32,000 nucleotides of DNA from Sedimentisphaera cyanobacteriorum. Lineage in GTDB: Bacteria; Planctomycetota; Phycisphaerae; Sedimentisphaerales; Sedimentisphaeraceae. Below the pieces are notes generated by a model. The model searched no databases. It saw nothing but the letters and a program-made list of their open reading frames with translations, and had not been told where the DNA came from. Positions 1 to 7,791 of this stretch are shown in pieces (position 1 is the first letter of the stretch; each line of letters begins with the position of its first letter). The translations under genes and the position numbers were made by a program. The DNA lies in NCBI RefSeq assembly GCF_001997385.1, contig NZ_CP019633.1, positions 1,620,001 to 1,652,000 on the forward strand, given 5' to 3'.

Positions 1-30
1 TTATTTGAAGAAAGTTGAGATAGAGCTGGT

Positions 31-288
31 ATGAAAAAAATATTAGTTGAAATATGCACGGGTACAACCTGCCATGTAATGGGTTCAGAGGCGATTATGG
101 AAATACGGGATATGCTCGCAAGCCGCTTTAAAGATATTGTGGAAATAAAGGCCACAAGCTGCATCGGGCTATGCAGGGAAAGGAATGCTGAGCAGGCTCC
201 TTTTGTTAAGGTCAACGGGAGGGTCGTTCCCGAGGCGAACCTGCTGAGAGTAACTCAGATGATAAACGAAATAGAGAGGGGCGATTAG
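31..288 (+). CDS. thioredoxin-like [2Fe-2S] ferredoxin (NuoE/HndA-like small electron-transfer protein)
   Basis: 85-aa ORF with an ATG start. The Cys pattern is C-x4-C (CTGTTC) followed by C-x3-C (CIGLC), as in thioredoxin-fold 2Fe-2S ferredoxins. Its TAG stop directly abuts the ATG of the downstream hydrogenase gene (TAGATG). Confidence 0.65.
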   Translation: MKKILVEICTGTTCHVMGSEAIMEIRDMLASRFKDIVEIKATSCIGLCRERNAEQAPFVKVNGRVVPEANLLRVTQMINEIERGD

Positions 289-1710
289 ATGCTCTCAGAC
301 AACAACGCCAGCAGGATAGTAAAGAAGCTGCTCGTAGAGACTGCCCGCTTAAGCCTTGAGGAAAACCTCGAGGAGGAGATAGACCGGCTTGTTATCAATA
401 TGATTCCCAAAAACAGCGCCGCAAACCGGTGCTGCGTGCATAAAGACCGAGCAGTGATAAAATACCGTCTAATGGCAATCTTAGGCCGCAGCATTGAAGA
501 TGAACAAGACGAGCTCAAGCCCTTGAGCGAATACGCCAAGGAAACTCTCAATCGAGAGAAGATAACAGAGCCCGTGCTTACTGTCATAGATGAGGCCTGC
601 AGTGCGTGCCCTTCTGGGAGGCATTTTGTAACAAACGTATGCAGAGGCTGCGTTGCGAGGCCTTGTATGGTAAACTGCCCGAAAGATGCCATCGAAATTC
701 ACAACGGCAGAGCGGAAATCGATGAAGACAGATGCGTAAATTGCGGGATATGCCTGAAGGTATGCCCATACAACGCTATAGTTGAGATCCCCGTGCCCTG
801 CGAGAGTGCCTGCCCTGTAGGGGCGATAAGCAAAGACCAGAGCGGGAAGGAGAAGATCGACTATTCAAAATGCATCTTCTGCGGCAGATGTATGACCTCG
901 TGCCCGTTTGGAGCAATTATGGAACGCTCGCAGATTATTGATGTTGCCAAAAAGCTTGCGGAAGGGCGAAGGGTTGCTGCGCTTACAGCCCCCTCGGCTG
1001 CAGGCCAGTTCCCCTGCGATTTCAAACAGCTTAAAGGGGCGATCCTCAAGGCGGGATTCGGCGAGGTGCTGGAGGTGGCCGAAGGGGCAGATATAACAGC
1101 GAAAAAAGAAGCTGAGGAGTTCGAAGAAAAAATCAGAGAAGGACAGAAGTTTATGACATCAAGCTGCTGCCCTGTTTACAAAGAAGCTGCCAAAAAACAC
1201 ATCCCCGAACTGTGGGAGTTTATATCTGATACGCCAACTCCTATGGAATTTGCAGGACGCAGGGCAAAGGCAGACAGTCCCGACTGCATTACGGTATTTA
1301 TAGGCCCCTGCATCGCTAAAAGACAGGAGGCTCTAGAGGGCAGCTCTATCGACCACGTACTAACCTGCGAGGAGCTGGGGGCGATTTTGGTGGCCAAGGA
1401 TATATTCGTACGTGAAACAAACCACGCTGAAACGCTCGGGTCAGCCAGCATTGAGGCGAGAAAATTTGCAGTCTCAGGCGGGGTTACCAACGCCGTGAAA
1501 ACGCACCTTTCCGGCAGCACAGAAATAAAACCGGAGCTTATAGACGGGCTGGACAAAAAAAACATCAAAAAACTCTCTGATATGTGCAAAGCAAACACAG
1601 ATGCCAACTTTGTGGAAGTGATGAACTGCAAAGGCGGTTGTGTAGGCGGGCCGGGAAATCTCAGCTCACCTGCAAGGGCTGCAAAGAGGATTGAAAAATC
1701 ATTCGAATAA
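289..1710 (+). CDS. [FeFe]-hydrogenase catalytic protein, short monomeric (group B-like) form with N-terminal 4Fe-4S ferredoxin domains
   Basis: 473 aa. Two CxxCxxCxxxCP motifs (CVNCGICLKVCP, CIFCGRCMTSCP) plus further Cys clusters (CRGCVARPCMVNCP, CESACP). All three H-cluster motifs are present: TSSCCPVY (P1), GPCIAKRQE (P2) and EVMNCKGGCVGGPG (P3). There is no PAS domain. Confidence 0.8.
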   Translation: MLSDNNASRIVKKLLVETARLSLEENLEEEIDRLVINMIPKNSAANRCCVHKDRAVIKYRLMAILGRSIEDEQDELKPLSEYAKETLNREKITEPVLTVIDEACSACPSGRHFVTNVCRGCVARPCMVNCPKDAIEIHNGRAEIDEDRCVNCGICLKVCPYNAIVEIPVPCESACPVGAISKDQSGKEKIDYSKCIFCGRCMTSCPFGAIMERSQIIDVAKKLAEGRRVAALTAPSAAGQFPCDFKQLKGAILKAGFGEVLEVAEGADITAKKEAEEFEEKIREGQKFMTSSCCPVYKEAAKKHIPELWEFISDTPTPMEFAGRRAKADSPDCITVFIGPCIAKRQEALEGSSIDHVLTCEELGAILVAKDIFVRETNHAETLGSASIEARKFAVSGGVTNAVKTHLSGSTEIKPELIDGLDKKNIKKLSDMCKANTDANFVEVMNCKGGCVGGPGNLSSPARAAKRIEKSFE

Positions 1711-1748
1711 TAAAAACTCTTAACCTGCCCATTAACAGCAAAACAGCA

Positions 1749-1817
1749 CTGAGATATTTCAGCCGCTGAGCAGCGCTGAGATATTTCAGCCACTGAGAAA
1801 CGCTAAGATGCGCTAAG
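1749..1817. repeat. 27-bp tandem repeat, about 2.5 copies (CTGAGATATTTCAGCC[G/A]CTGAG[C/A]A[G/A]CG), followed by a T7 tract
   Basis: CTGAGATATTTCAGCC occurs at 1749-1764 and again at 1776-1791. A degenerate third copy (CTAAGATGCGCTAAG) lies at 1803-1817. The hexamer RCTRAG occurs six times. T7 lies at 1821-1827. Confidence 0.7.
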
Positions 1818-2113
1818 GATTTTTTTAGACAGGGCTTTATAGGTTCAAGGCAATGATAAGGCAGAAGTTTTTACTCCTGCAGCTGCCGCTGACCCGAGTC
1901 CACCTCGTCCACCTTGTCCGGCAGATAATCTTCCATGATTTTTCACTGATGATTTTGATTGCGCGAATTGCTAACATTTTATAACTCTTCTGTTTAAATT
2001 AGATATAATCACTAATTCCTCTATAATATTATTTGACTTAATAAGCATTTTATGTTACAAGTTATGCCGCTGAGAGGGGAGGAAGCCTTAATAGCGTTCG
2101 GGCAGGTAATTTT

Positions 2114-5100
2114 ATGGATGAGACTACAAAAAGAGTTCTTATTGTTGACGATAATGCCGGCAACTTAAGTGTTGTTGCTGGTCTTGTCAGCAAGATGGGC
2201 TATGAGATAATACTTGCCCAAAACGGCAAAGAAGGCCTCAAAAGCGCAAAGAAGTATTCCCCCGATGCGGTACTTCTGGATATTATGATGCCTGATATGG
2301 ACGGCTATGAAGTTTGCAGTGAGCTGCGCAGCCTGCCCCAGACAAAAGACATTCCGATTATATTCCTCACAGCCAAACTCCAGGAAGACGGTATAGACAA
2401 GGCTTTTGAGTGCGGCGGGACAGACTACGTTACAAAGCCCTACAGCTCGAATGTACTTCTGGCAAGGCTCAAAACACACATAGACAATTTCGTACTTGGT
2501 AAACAGACCCTCGAGCTCAAAGATAAGCTCAAGGTTCAAAATCAGTTTCTTGAAAGCATTTATGAAGATGTTCAGGTGGGTCTTTTTGTCCTTGAAGTTG
2601 AGGAAAACAGCAAGCTCAGATACCTCGGCGTAAACACCAAGTTTGAGGACATAATGGGGATAAGATCAAAAGACCTTATGTACAAAACCCTTGAAGAGCT
2701 CACAAAACATTTTTCGAAATTCACTATTGAAGAGCTTCTGAAAAATGCAGAAAAATGTATATCTGAAAGAAAAAAGATAAGCTTCAAGGGCCGTGTAATC
2801 ACCAACGAAAAAACAGTTCTTTGCATAACCACGCTCAGCCCGGTCGTAAACGAAAGCGGAGCGATTATAAGGATAATCGGTTCGAGCACAGACATAACAG
2901 AACTGGAGAGGGCCAAACATGAGCTCGAAAACCATAAAAACAACCTTGAAAAAGAAGTTAAAGAGCGTACAAGCGAGCTGAATAAAAGCAGAGAAGACCT
3001 TCTGCTTGCCCAGCAAATAGCGCGTATAGGGCACTGGCATTTCGAGCTTCACAACGACAACTTCACGTGCTCTAAAATTGTAGATAAGATTCTCGGTATG
3101 CCGATATCGCAAGGTGTGCCGATATCAAAATTCAGGAAGCTTATAGACCCGAGCTACATTGACAGATTCGACAAGGTGCTCAATAAGATCTTCACGGGCT
3201 ACCGGGAAGGTAAAAAAATTGAGCTTAGATTCATCTCTGCGGAAAAATACAAATACATAGAGATGAACATAAAGCCTGTGTTTAACGGAAACCGGTGCGA
3301 ATACATTTTCGGGACGATACAGGACATTACCTCCCGAAAGCATATGGAGATTGCCCTGACCAAAATCCAGTTTGCCGTAGATGAGTCTTCAGATGAAATA
3401 TATTTCCTCGATAAACAGGGACGGTTTATATATGCAAACCAGACTGCTCTTAGAAACTTCGGGATCCCGGCGGATAAACTCGGCAGCAAGGATATATTCG
3501 AATTCAACCCCGAAAAAACCAGGCAGTGGTGGAAAGAAACTTGGGAAACGCTCAAGAAAGACAAAAAAATATCCTTGCAAACCACCCACCGAACAAAAGA
3601 CGGCCTTGAATATCCGGTAGATATCCGCGGGCAGTACCTCAAGCTCGAAGAACAGGAGCTTTGCTGCATATTCTGCCGAGATATCTCGAGGATAAAACAA
3701 TACGAACAGGAGCTGGTAAAGGCAAGGGATGCAGCAAACAAGGCCAGCGAGGCAAAAAGCCAGTTCCTCGCCAATATGAGCCATGAGATTCGAACTCCTA
3801 TGAACTCCATCATAGGGTATTCACAGATGCTTAAAAAATCCGACAATCTCACAAACGAACAGAAAAAACAGATTGAAATTGTTGACTCAAGCAGCCATCA
3901 TCTGCTTAATCTGATTAACGATATCTTAGAGATGAGCAAGATGGATGCAGGGAAAGTAACACTTTCTCCAACTAACTTTGATTTCATCAACCTGCTGAAC
4001 ATTACCAAAAGCATATTCACCCTGAAGGCGGAAAATAAATCAATATTCCTCGAATACGATATACCATCGGATTTCCCCCGAGTGGTCTATGCAGATGACG
4101 GAAAGATAAGGCAGGTTATAATAAATCTTCTGGGCAATGCGGTGAAGTTTACAGACAGAGGAGGCGTGCGTGTTCGCGCTCGGCACGAGCAGCTCGATGA
4201 AAATATCCTGAAAATAACAGTGGAAGTGGAAGATACAGGGTACGGGATTTCCGAAGACGAAAAGGAGAAAGTGTTCAGCTACTTCGACCAGACAGAGTCT
4301 GGCACTAAGAGCGGCGGCAGCGGACTGGGGCTTGCAATCAGCAAAGGCTATGCAAGACAGATGGGCGGAGACATTACTTTTACAAGCCAAAAAGGCAGAG
4401 GAAGCACTTTCAGTTTCACTTTCACTGCAGAACTGCCTGAAGGAAACCAGCAGAATCAGCAGCTCAGCAAAAGAACAATAAAAAACCTTACCGAAGAACA
4501 TGAAGGCAAACTGGTGATAATCACGGACGACAACAGGGATAACAGAGAGGTTCTGGCGGCCATTTTAAATAACACCGGATTTCAAGTGATCTCTGCGGAA
4601 AGCGGAGGGGAAACCCTTGACCTGCTCGAGAGATTCCAGCCCGACATACTGCTTCTGGATAATATGATGCCTAATATGACCGGTGCGGAAGTTATAGAGA
4701 AGATCAAGAAAAATCAGAACATAAAGGATTTCCCCATAATAATAATTTCTGGCGATGTAATGGAAAAAAGCCATCAGCTCGCTGAAGAAGCCGGCGCTAC
4801 TGATTTTGTCAGCAAGCCTTACGAAATCGACCAGCTTTTAGAAAAAATCGCCCTGTACACTAATTCAGAATATGTTTATGAGGAACCTGACGCTGATGAG
4901 CAGAATCTTTCTTTCAAAGACATGGCTAAGTATCTCTCCGGAATCGAAAGCTCGCTATTCAATTCGCTCAAAGCAGACCTCGAAAACGGACGAATGAAGG
5001 AATTTACAGAGCAGACAGAAAAGCTGAAGAAAAAAGACAAAGCAGCAGGGGCAAAATTGTACCGCCTCGCAGAAAGCTATGAATATGAACAGCTCTACAA

Positions 5101-5137
5101 ACTATTTGGAATTGATTTAGATGACGAGAATCGATAA
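2114..5137 (+). CDS. hybrid sensor histidine kinase/response regulator (REC - coiled coil - 3 PAS-like - HisKA - HATPase_c - REC - C-terminal helical tail)
   Basis: 1007 aa. The N-terminal REC has LLDIMMPDMDGYE and TKPY. PAS-like segments are flanked by coiled coils. The H-box is SHEIRTPMN, the N-box NLLGNAVKFT, G1 EDTGYGI and G2 GGSGLGLAISKGY. A second REC has LLLDNMMPNMTG and SKPY. Confidence 0.9.
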   Translation: MDETTKRVLIVDDNAGNLSVVAGLVSKMGYEIILAQNGKEGLKSAKKYSPDAVLLDIMMPDMDGYEVCSELRSLPQTKDIPIIFLTAKLQEDGIDKAFECGGTDYVTKPYSSNVLLARLKTHIDNFVLGKQTLELKDKLKVQNQFLESIYEDVQVGLFVLEVEENSKLRYLGVNTKFEDIMGIRSKDLMYKTLEELTKHFSKFTIEELLKNAEKCISERKKISFKGRVITNEKTVLCITTLSPVVNESGAIIRIIGSSTDITELERAKHELENHKNNLEKEVKERTSELNKSREDLLLAQQIARIGHWHFELHNDNFTCSKIVDKILGMPISQGVPISKFRKLIDPSYIDRFDKVLNKIFTGYREGKKIELRFISAEKYKYIEMNIKPVFNGNRCEYIFGTIQDITSRKHMEIALTKIQFAVDESSDEIYFLDKQGRFIYANQTALRNFGIPADKLGSKDIFEFNPEKTRQWWKETWETLKKDKKISLQTTHRTKDGLEYPVDIRGQYLKLEEQELCCIFCRDISRIKQYEQELVKARDAANKASEAKSQFLANMSHEIRTPMNSIIGYSQMLKKSDNLTNEQKKQIEIVDSSSHHLLNLINDILEMSKMDAGKVTLSPTNFDFINLLNITKSIFTLKAENKSIFLEYDIPSDFPRVVYADDGKIRQVIINLLGNAVKFTDRGGVRVRARHEQLDENILKITVEVEDTGYGISEDEKEKVFSYFDQTESGTKSGGSGLGLAISKGYARQMGGDITFTSQKGRGSTFSFTFTAELPEGNQQNQQLSKRTIKNLTEEHEGKLVIITDDNRDNREVLAAILNNTGFQVISAESGGETLDLLERFQPDILLLDNMMPNMTGAEVIEKIKKNQNIKDFPIIIISGDVMEKSHQLAEEAGATDFVSKPYEIDQLLEKIALYTNSEYVYEEPDADEQNLSFKDMAKYLSGIESSLFNSLKADLENGRMKEFTEQTEKLKKKDKAAGAKLYRLAESYEYEQLYKLFGIDLDDENR

Positions 5138-6299
5138 CGCAAAAGTGATGGTTGTTGATGATATGCCCAACAACCTGCGGCTTCTCGACAAGATGCTCAC
5201 CGGCTCGGGATATGATGTTTCATGCTTCCCGAAAGGCGCGATTGCTATTAAATCAGCAAAAAAACACCCGCCTGAGCTGATACTTCTCGATATAAATATG
5301 CCGGAGATGAACGGATACGAAGTGTGCAAAAGGCTCAAGGCCGACCCTGAACTGGCAAAGATACCCATAATTTTCATAAGCGCGCTTAACAATACAGAAG
5401 ACAAGATAATGGCCTTCAAATCAGGAGGCGTGGACTATATTACAAAGCCTTTCAAATTTGAAGAGGTGGAAGCGAGAATTCAGACTCACCTGAAGATTGA
5501 GAAACTTACAGAGAAGCTTGAAAAACACAACGAAGACCTTGAGGACAGGTTAGACCAAAAATCAAGGGAGCTCAAGGAAGCAAACGAAAGGCTTATGATA
5601 CTCGACAAAGCCAAGTCGGATTTCCTTACGCAGATATCCCACGAACTGCGAACCCCGCTTAATTCCATACTCGGGGTTATGAAGATGCTTCTTGATAATG
5701 AATGCAAATCTGTTTCATCTGATATCGTAGATATGTTTGAGGGCTCGAAGGAAAAGCTCTTATCTATTATCAACGATGCGACCCTGCTTACTCAAATCAA
5801 AGTTTCTCAAAATTCCTTCAGCAGGGAGAACGTTGCGCTGAGGCCTGCTCTGCAAAGAGCCGTGCAAACAAGCAGCCTTAAAGAAAAAGGGCGATCGCTT
5901 GATTACAAGCAAATTCCTGAAGATATTTCCATATATGCAGACAGGACTCTGATAGACAAGGCCTTTGAATCTCTGTTAAGAACTGCCCTGCTTTTATCCA
6001 GCGAGAGCTGCTCTATGCAGTTCAGCTGCGAGGAAACCAAACACAAGAATTCAAAGCTTCTGCTCTTGAAGTTAAGCGTAAAAGGGCAGAACATACCTGA
6101 GGCCATCCTTCCAAACTTTTTCAGCGAATTCGGCCATGGCCAAACCATAAGCAGCGAGGGGGATTTTGGTCTTGACCCGGCGCTTACGAATAGAATATTC
6201 CAAATTAATGACGCACGCATCGAGGCAGAAAATACCAAGGACGGTGTGGATTTCATTATAACATTCAGCGAAAATTCTATCATTAAAGAAAATGGATGA
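5121..6299 (+). CDS. response-regulator receiver fused to a DHp (HisKA) domain and a degenerate, probably non-ATP-binding, CA-like domain
   Basis: 392 aa. REC has LLDINMPEMNGYE and ITKPF. A coiled coil follows, then an intact H-box SHELRTPLN. Where the N/G1/G2 boxes should be, the sequence reads SLLRTALLLS, SVKGQNIP and GDFGLDPAL. It overlaps the upstream kinase gene by 17 nt. Confidence 0.8.
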   Translation: MTRIDNAKVMVVDDMPNNLRLLDKMLTGSGYDVSCFPKGAIAIKSAKKHPPELILLDINMPEMNGYEVCKRLKADPELAKIPIIFISALNNTEDKIMAFKSGGVDYITKPFKFEEVEARIQTHLKIEKLTEKLEKHNEDLEDRLDQKSRELKEANERLMILDKAKSDFLTQISHELRTPLNSILGVMKMLLDNECKSVSSDIVDMFEGSKEKLLSIINDATLLTQIKVSQNSFSRENVALRPALQRAVQTSSLKEKGRSLDYKQIPEDISIYADRTLIDKAFESLLRTALLLSSESCSMQFSCEETKHKNSKLLLLKLSVKGQNIPEAILPNFFSEFGHGQTISSEGDFGLDPALTNRIFQINDARIEAENTKDGVDFIITFSENSIIKENG

Positions 6300-7410
6300 A
6301 GAGAAAACAAGGCTCTGGCTGAAGCTCTCTAAAGCTGATGGAGTTGGCCCTGCGGGAGTTGTAAGGCTGCTTGAAAGATTTGGGTGTATCGAATCGATAG
6401 CAGGCGCAGGCAAAGAGGGGCTCAAAGCAGTTAAAGGAATCGGGGATAAAACCGCTGATTCAATGCGCAAAGCCTTTGACAATCTCGATACTTCAAAAGA
6501 GCTGGAGCTGTGCGAGAACAGCGGGATAGGAATTCTCACTTTCGATTCGCCCTGCTATCCGGAACTGCTTAAAAGCACAAAATACGCGCCGGCAGTTTTG
6601 TATTATCTCGGAGATATAGAAAAACTGCAAAGGCTTGAGCCTTCAATCGCGATAGTCGGCTCGAGGCGATGCAGCTTCTACGGCAAAGAGCAGGCCAGAA
6701 TTCTCGCCTGCGGGCTCGGGGAAGCAGGATTCAGCGTTGTTAGCGGGATGGCAAGGGGGATTGATTCGGAGTCGCACTATGGAGCACTTACCGCAGGCGG
6801 AGATACGATAGCAGTTCTCGGCTGCGGGCTTATGCACATTTACCCGCCAGAAAACAAAGGCCTGTTCAAAGAGATTGCAGCAAGGGGAGTTTGCCTGAGC
6901 CAGTTTGCCCCTGACACAGAGCCGAGAATGGAGCATTTTGTTCCGAGAAACAAGATTATAGCCGGCCTCTCAGAGCAGGTTTTGGTTGTGGAGGCGGGGC
7001 CGAATTCGGGTGCTATAAAAACTGCCAGCTTCGCAAGAGAAATCAGCAGGCAGGTCTTCGCTGTACCGGGCAGGATAGACAGCAGGCTCAGCTTCGGCTC
7101 GAATAAGCTAATAAAAGAAGGAGCTGTGCTTTGCAGAGGTATTTCTGATATACTAAACGAGCCCATGGAGAAACACAAGCCGGCGACAAAAAAAGCAAAG
7201 CTCAAGGGTAAGCCCAAAACGCTTTTCGATAAGGGCAGCAGTGAAGAGCTGATCGCTGAAACTCTCAATTCAGGCGAGAAAAGCAGCGATGAGATAATAG
7301 AAGAAACCGGCCTAAACGCCGGCGAGGTGAATTCCGCCCTAACTTGGCTGCAAATAAAGGGGGCAATCGAGCGTTTGCCCGGGAATAAATATAAGCTTGC
7401 GAGGAGATAA
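6292..7410 (+). CDS. dprA: DNA-processing protein DprA (Smf)
   Basis: 372 aa. It has an N-terminal helical (SAM-like) region and a Rossmann core (IAIVGSRRCSFYGKEQA...VVSGMARGIDSESH). A C-terminal winged-helix-like segment follows. It overlaps the upstream gene by 8 nt (ATGGATGA). Confidence 0.9.
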   Translation: MDEEKTRLWLKLSKADGVGPAGVVRLLERFGCIESIAGAGKEGLKAVKGIGDKTADSMRKAFDNLDTSKELELCENSGIGILTFDSPCYPELLKSTKYAPAVLYYLGDIEKLQRLEPSIAIVGSRRCSFYGKEQARILACGLGEAGFSVVSGMARGIDSESHYGALTAGGDTIAVLGCGLMHIYPPENKGLFKEIAARGVCLSQFAPDTEPRMEHFVPRNKIIAGLSEQVLVVEAGPNSGAIKTASFAREISRQVFAVPGRIDSRLSFGSNKLIKEGAVLCRGISDILNEPMEKHKPATKKAKLKGKPKTLFDKGSSEELIAETLNSGEKSSDEIIEETGLNAGEVNSALTWLQIKGAIERLPGNKYKLARR

Positions 7411-7757
7411 AAAAATTTTTGTTTTTGTTCGGTTTTTGTTTGGAAGTTGAGCAAAATCTGCTAAAATGAAAACTGAATGGCCTACTGCTGCCGGCAAAAT
7501 GAGCCGTCAGAGTTAAGTTACGGAAGACTTAATCGGAGGCAAGGAAAATGAGAAAAAAACGCAAAAGCCCTTTATGCAGTTTCGGGCCTGGAGGCGAGTA
7601 CAAAACGGAATACTCGCCGGACCGTTATGATTCGGGAGTAGAACAGAGCTCTGCTTTGAAGGTTCTGTTTGAGAGTTTTTCCTGTGCTTTAGCGGAAAAA
7701 CTGATTTGGACTCTTAACACCGGCCCGCATACAGCAGAACTGCACAATTACTCGAGC

Positions 7758-7770
7758 CCATTTGAAATGG
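7758..7770. promoter_or_regulatory. 13-bp perfect palindrome CCATTTGAAATGG, flanked by direct repeats ACTGCA(C)AATTA; candidate operator upstream of lexA
   Basis: The palindrome is read directly from the sequence, 22-34 nt upstream of the preferred lexA ATG (7792). The flanking repeats lie at 7739-7750 and 7771-7780. A palindrome of this size is expected by chance several times in 32 kb, so only its position is suggestive. Confidence 0.2.
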
Positions 7771-7791
7771 ACTGCAATTATGGGGAGAACA

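Noticed and set aside
1176-1793. 205-aa minus-strand ORF antisense to the hydrogenase 3' end and extending into the repeat region
   Set aside because: It lies entirely opposite a well-supported CDS and has low-complexity, Ser/Ala/Leu-rich composition with no motifs. Its N-terminal 'AEISQRCSAAEISQCC' merely mirrors the 27-bp DNA repeat.
1749-1817. Possibility that the 27-bp repeats are a mini CRISPR array
   Set aside because: There are only about 2.5 directly abutting copies with no unique spacers between them, and no cas genes in the window.
1803-1827. Canonical rho-independent terminator after the hydrogenase gene (T7 tract at 1821-1827)
   Set aside because: The sequence before the T-run (CGCTAAGATGCGCTAAGGA) is a direct repeat rather than an inverted one. 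Only 3-4-bp stems can form, so I report it as a repeat rather than a terminator.
6840-7454. 204-aa minus-strand ORF antisense to dprA
   Set aside because: It is opposite a confident dprA CDS, has no recognisable domain, and has the composition typical of antisense frames.
7411-7791. Known LexA operators (CTGT-N8-ACAG, GAAC-N4-GTTC, TGTTC-N4-GAACA) upstream of lexA
   Set aside because: A visual scan found GAAC/GTTC half-sites only at non-canonical spacing (N17) and no CTGT-N8-ACAG. I therefore call no canonical SOS box.
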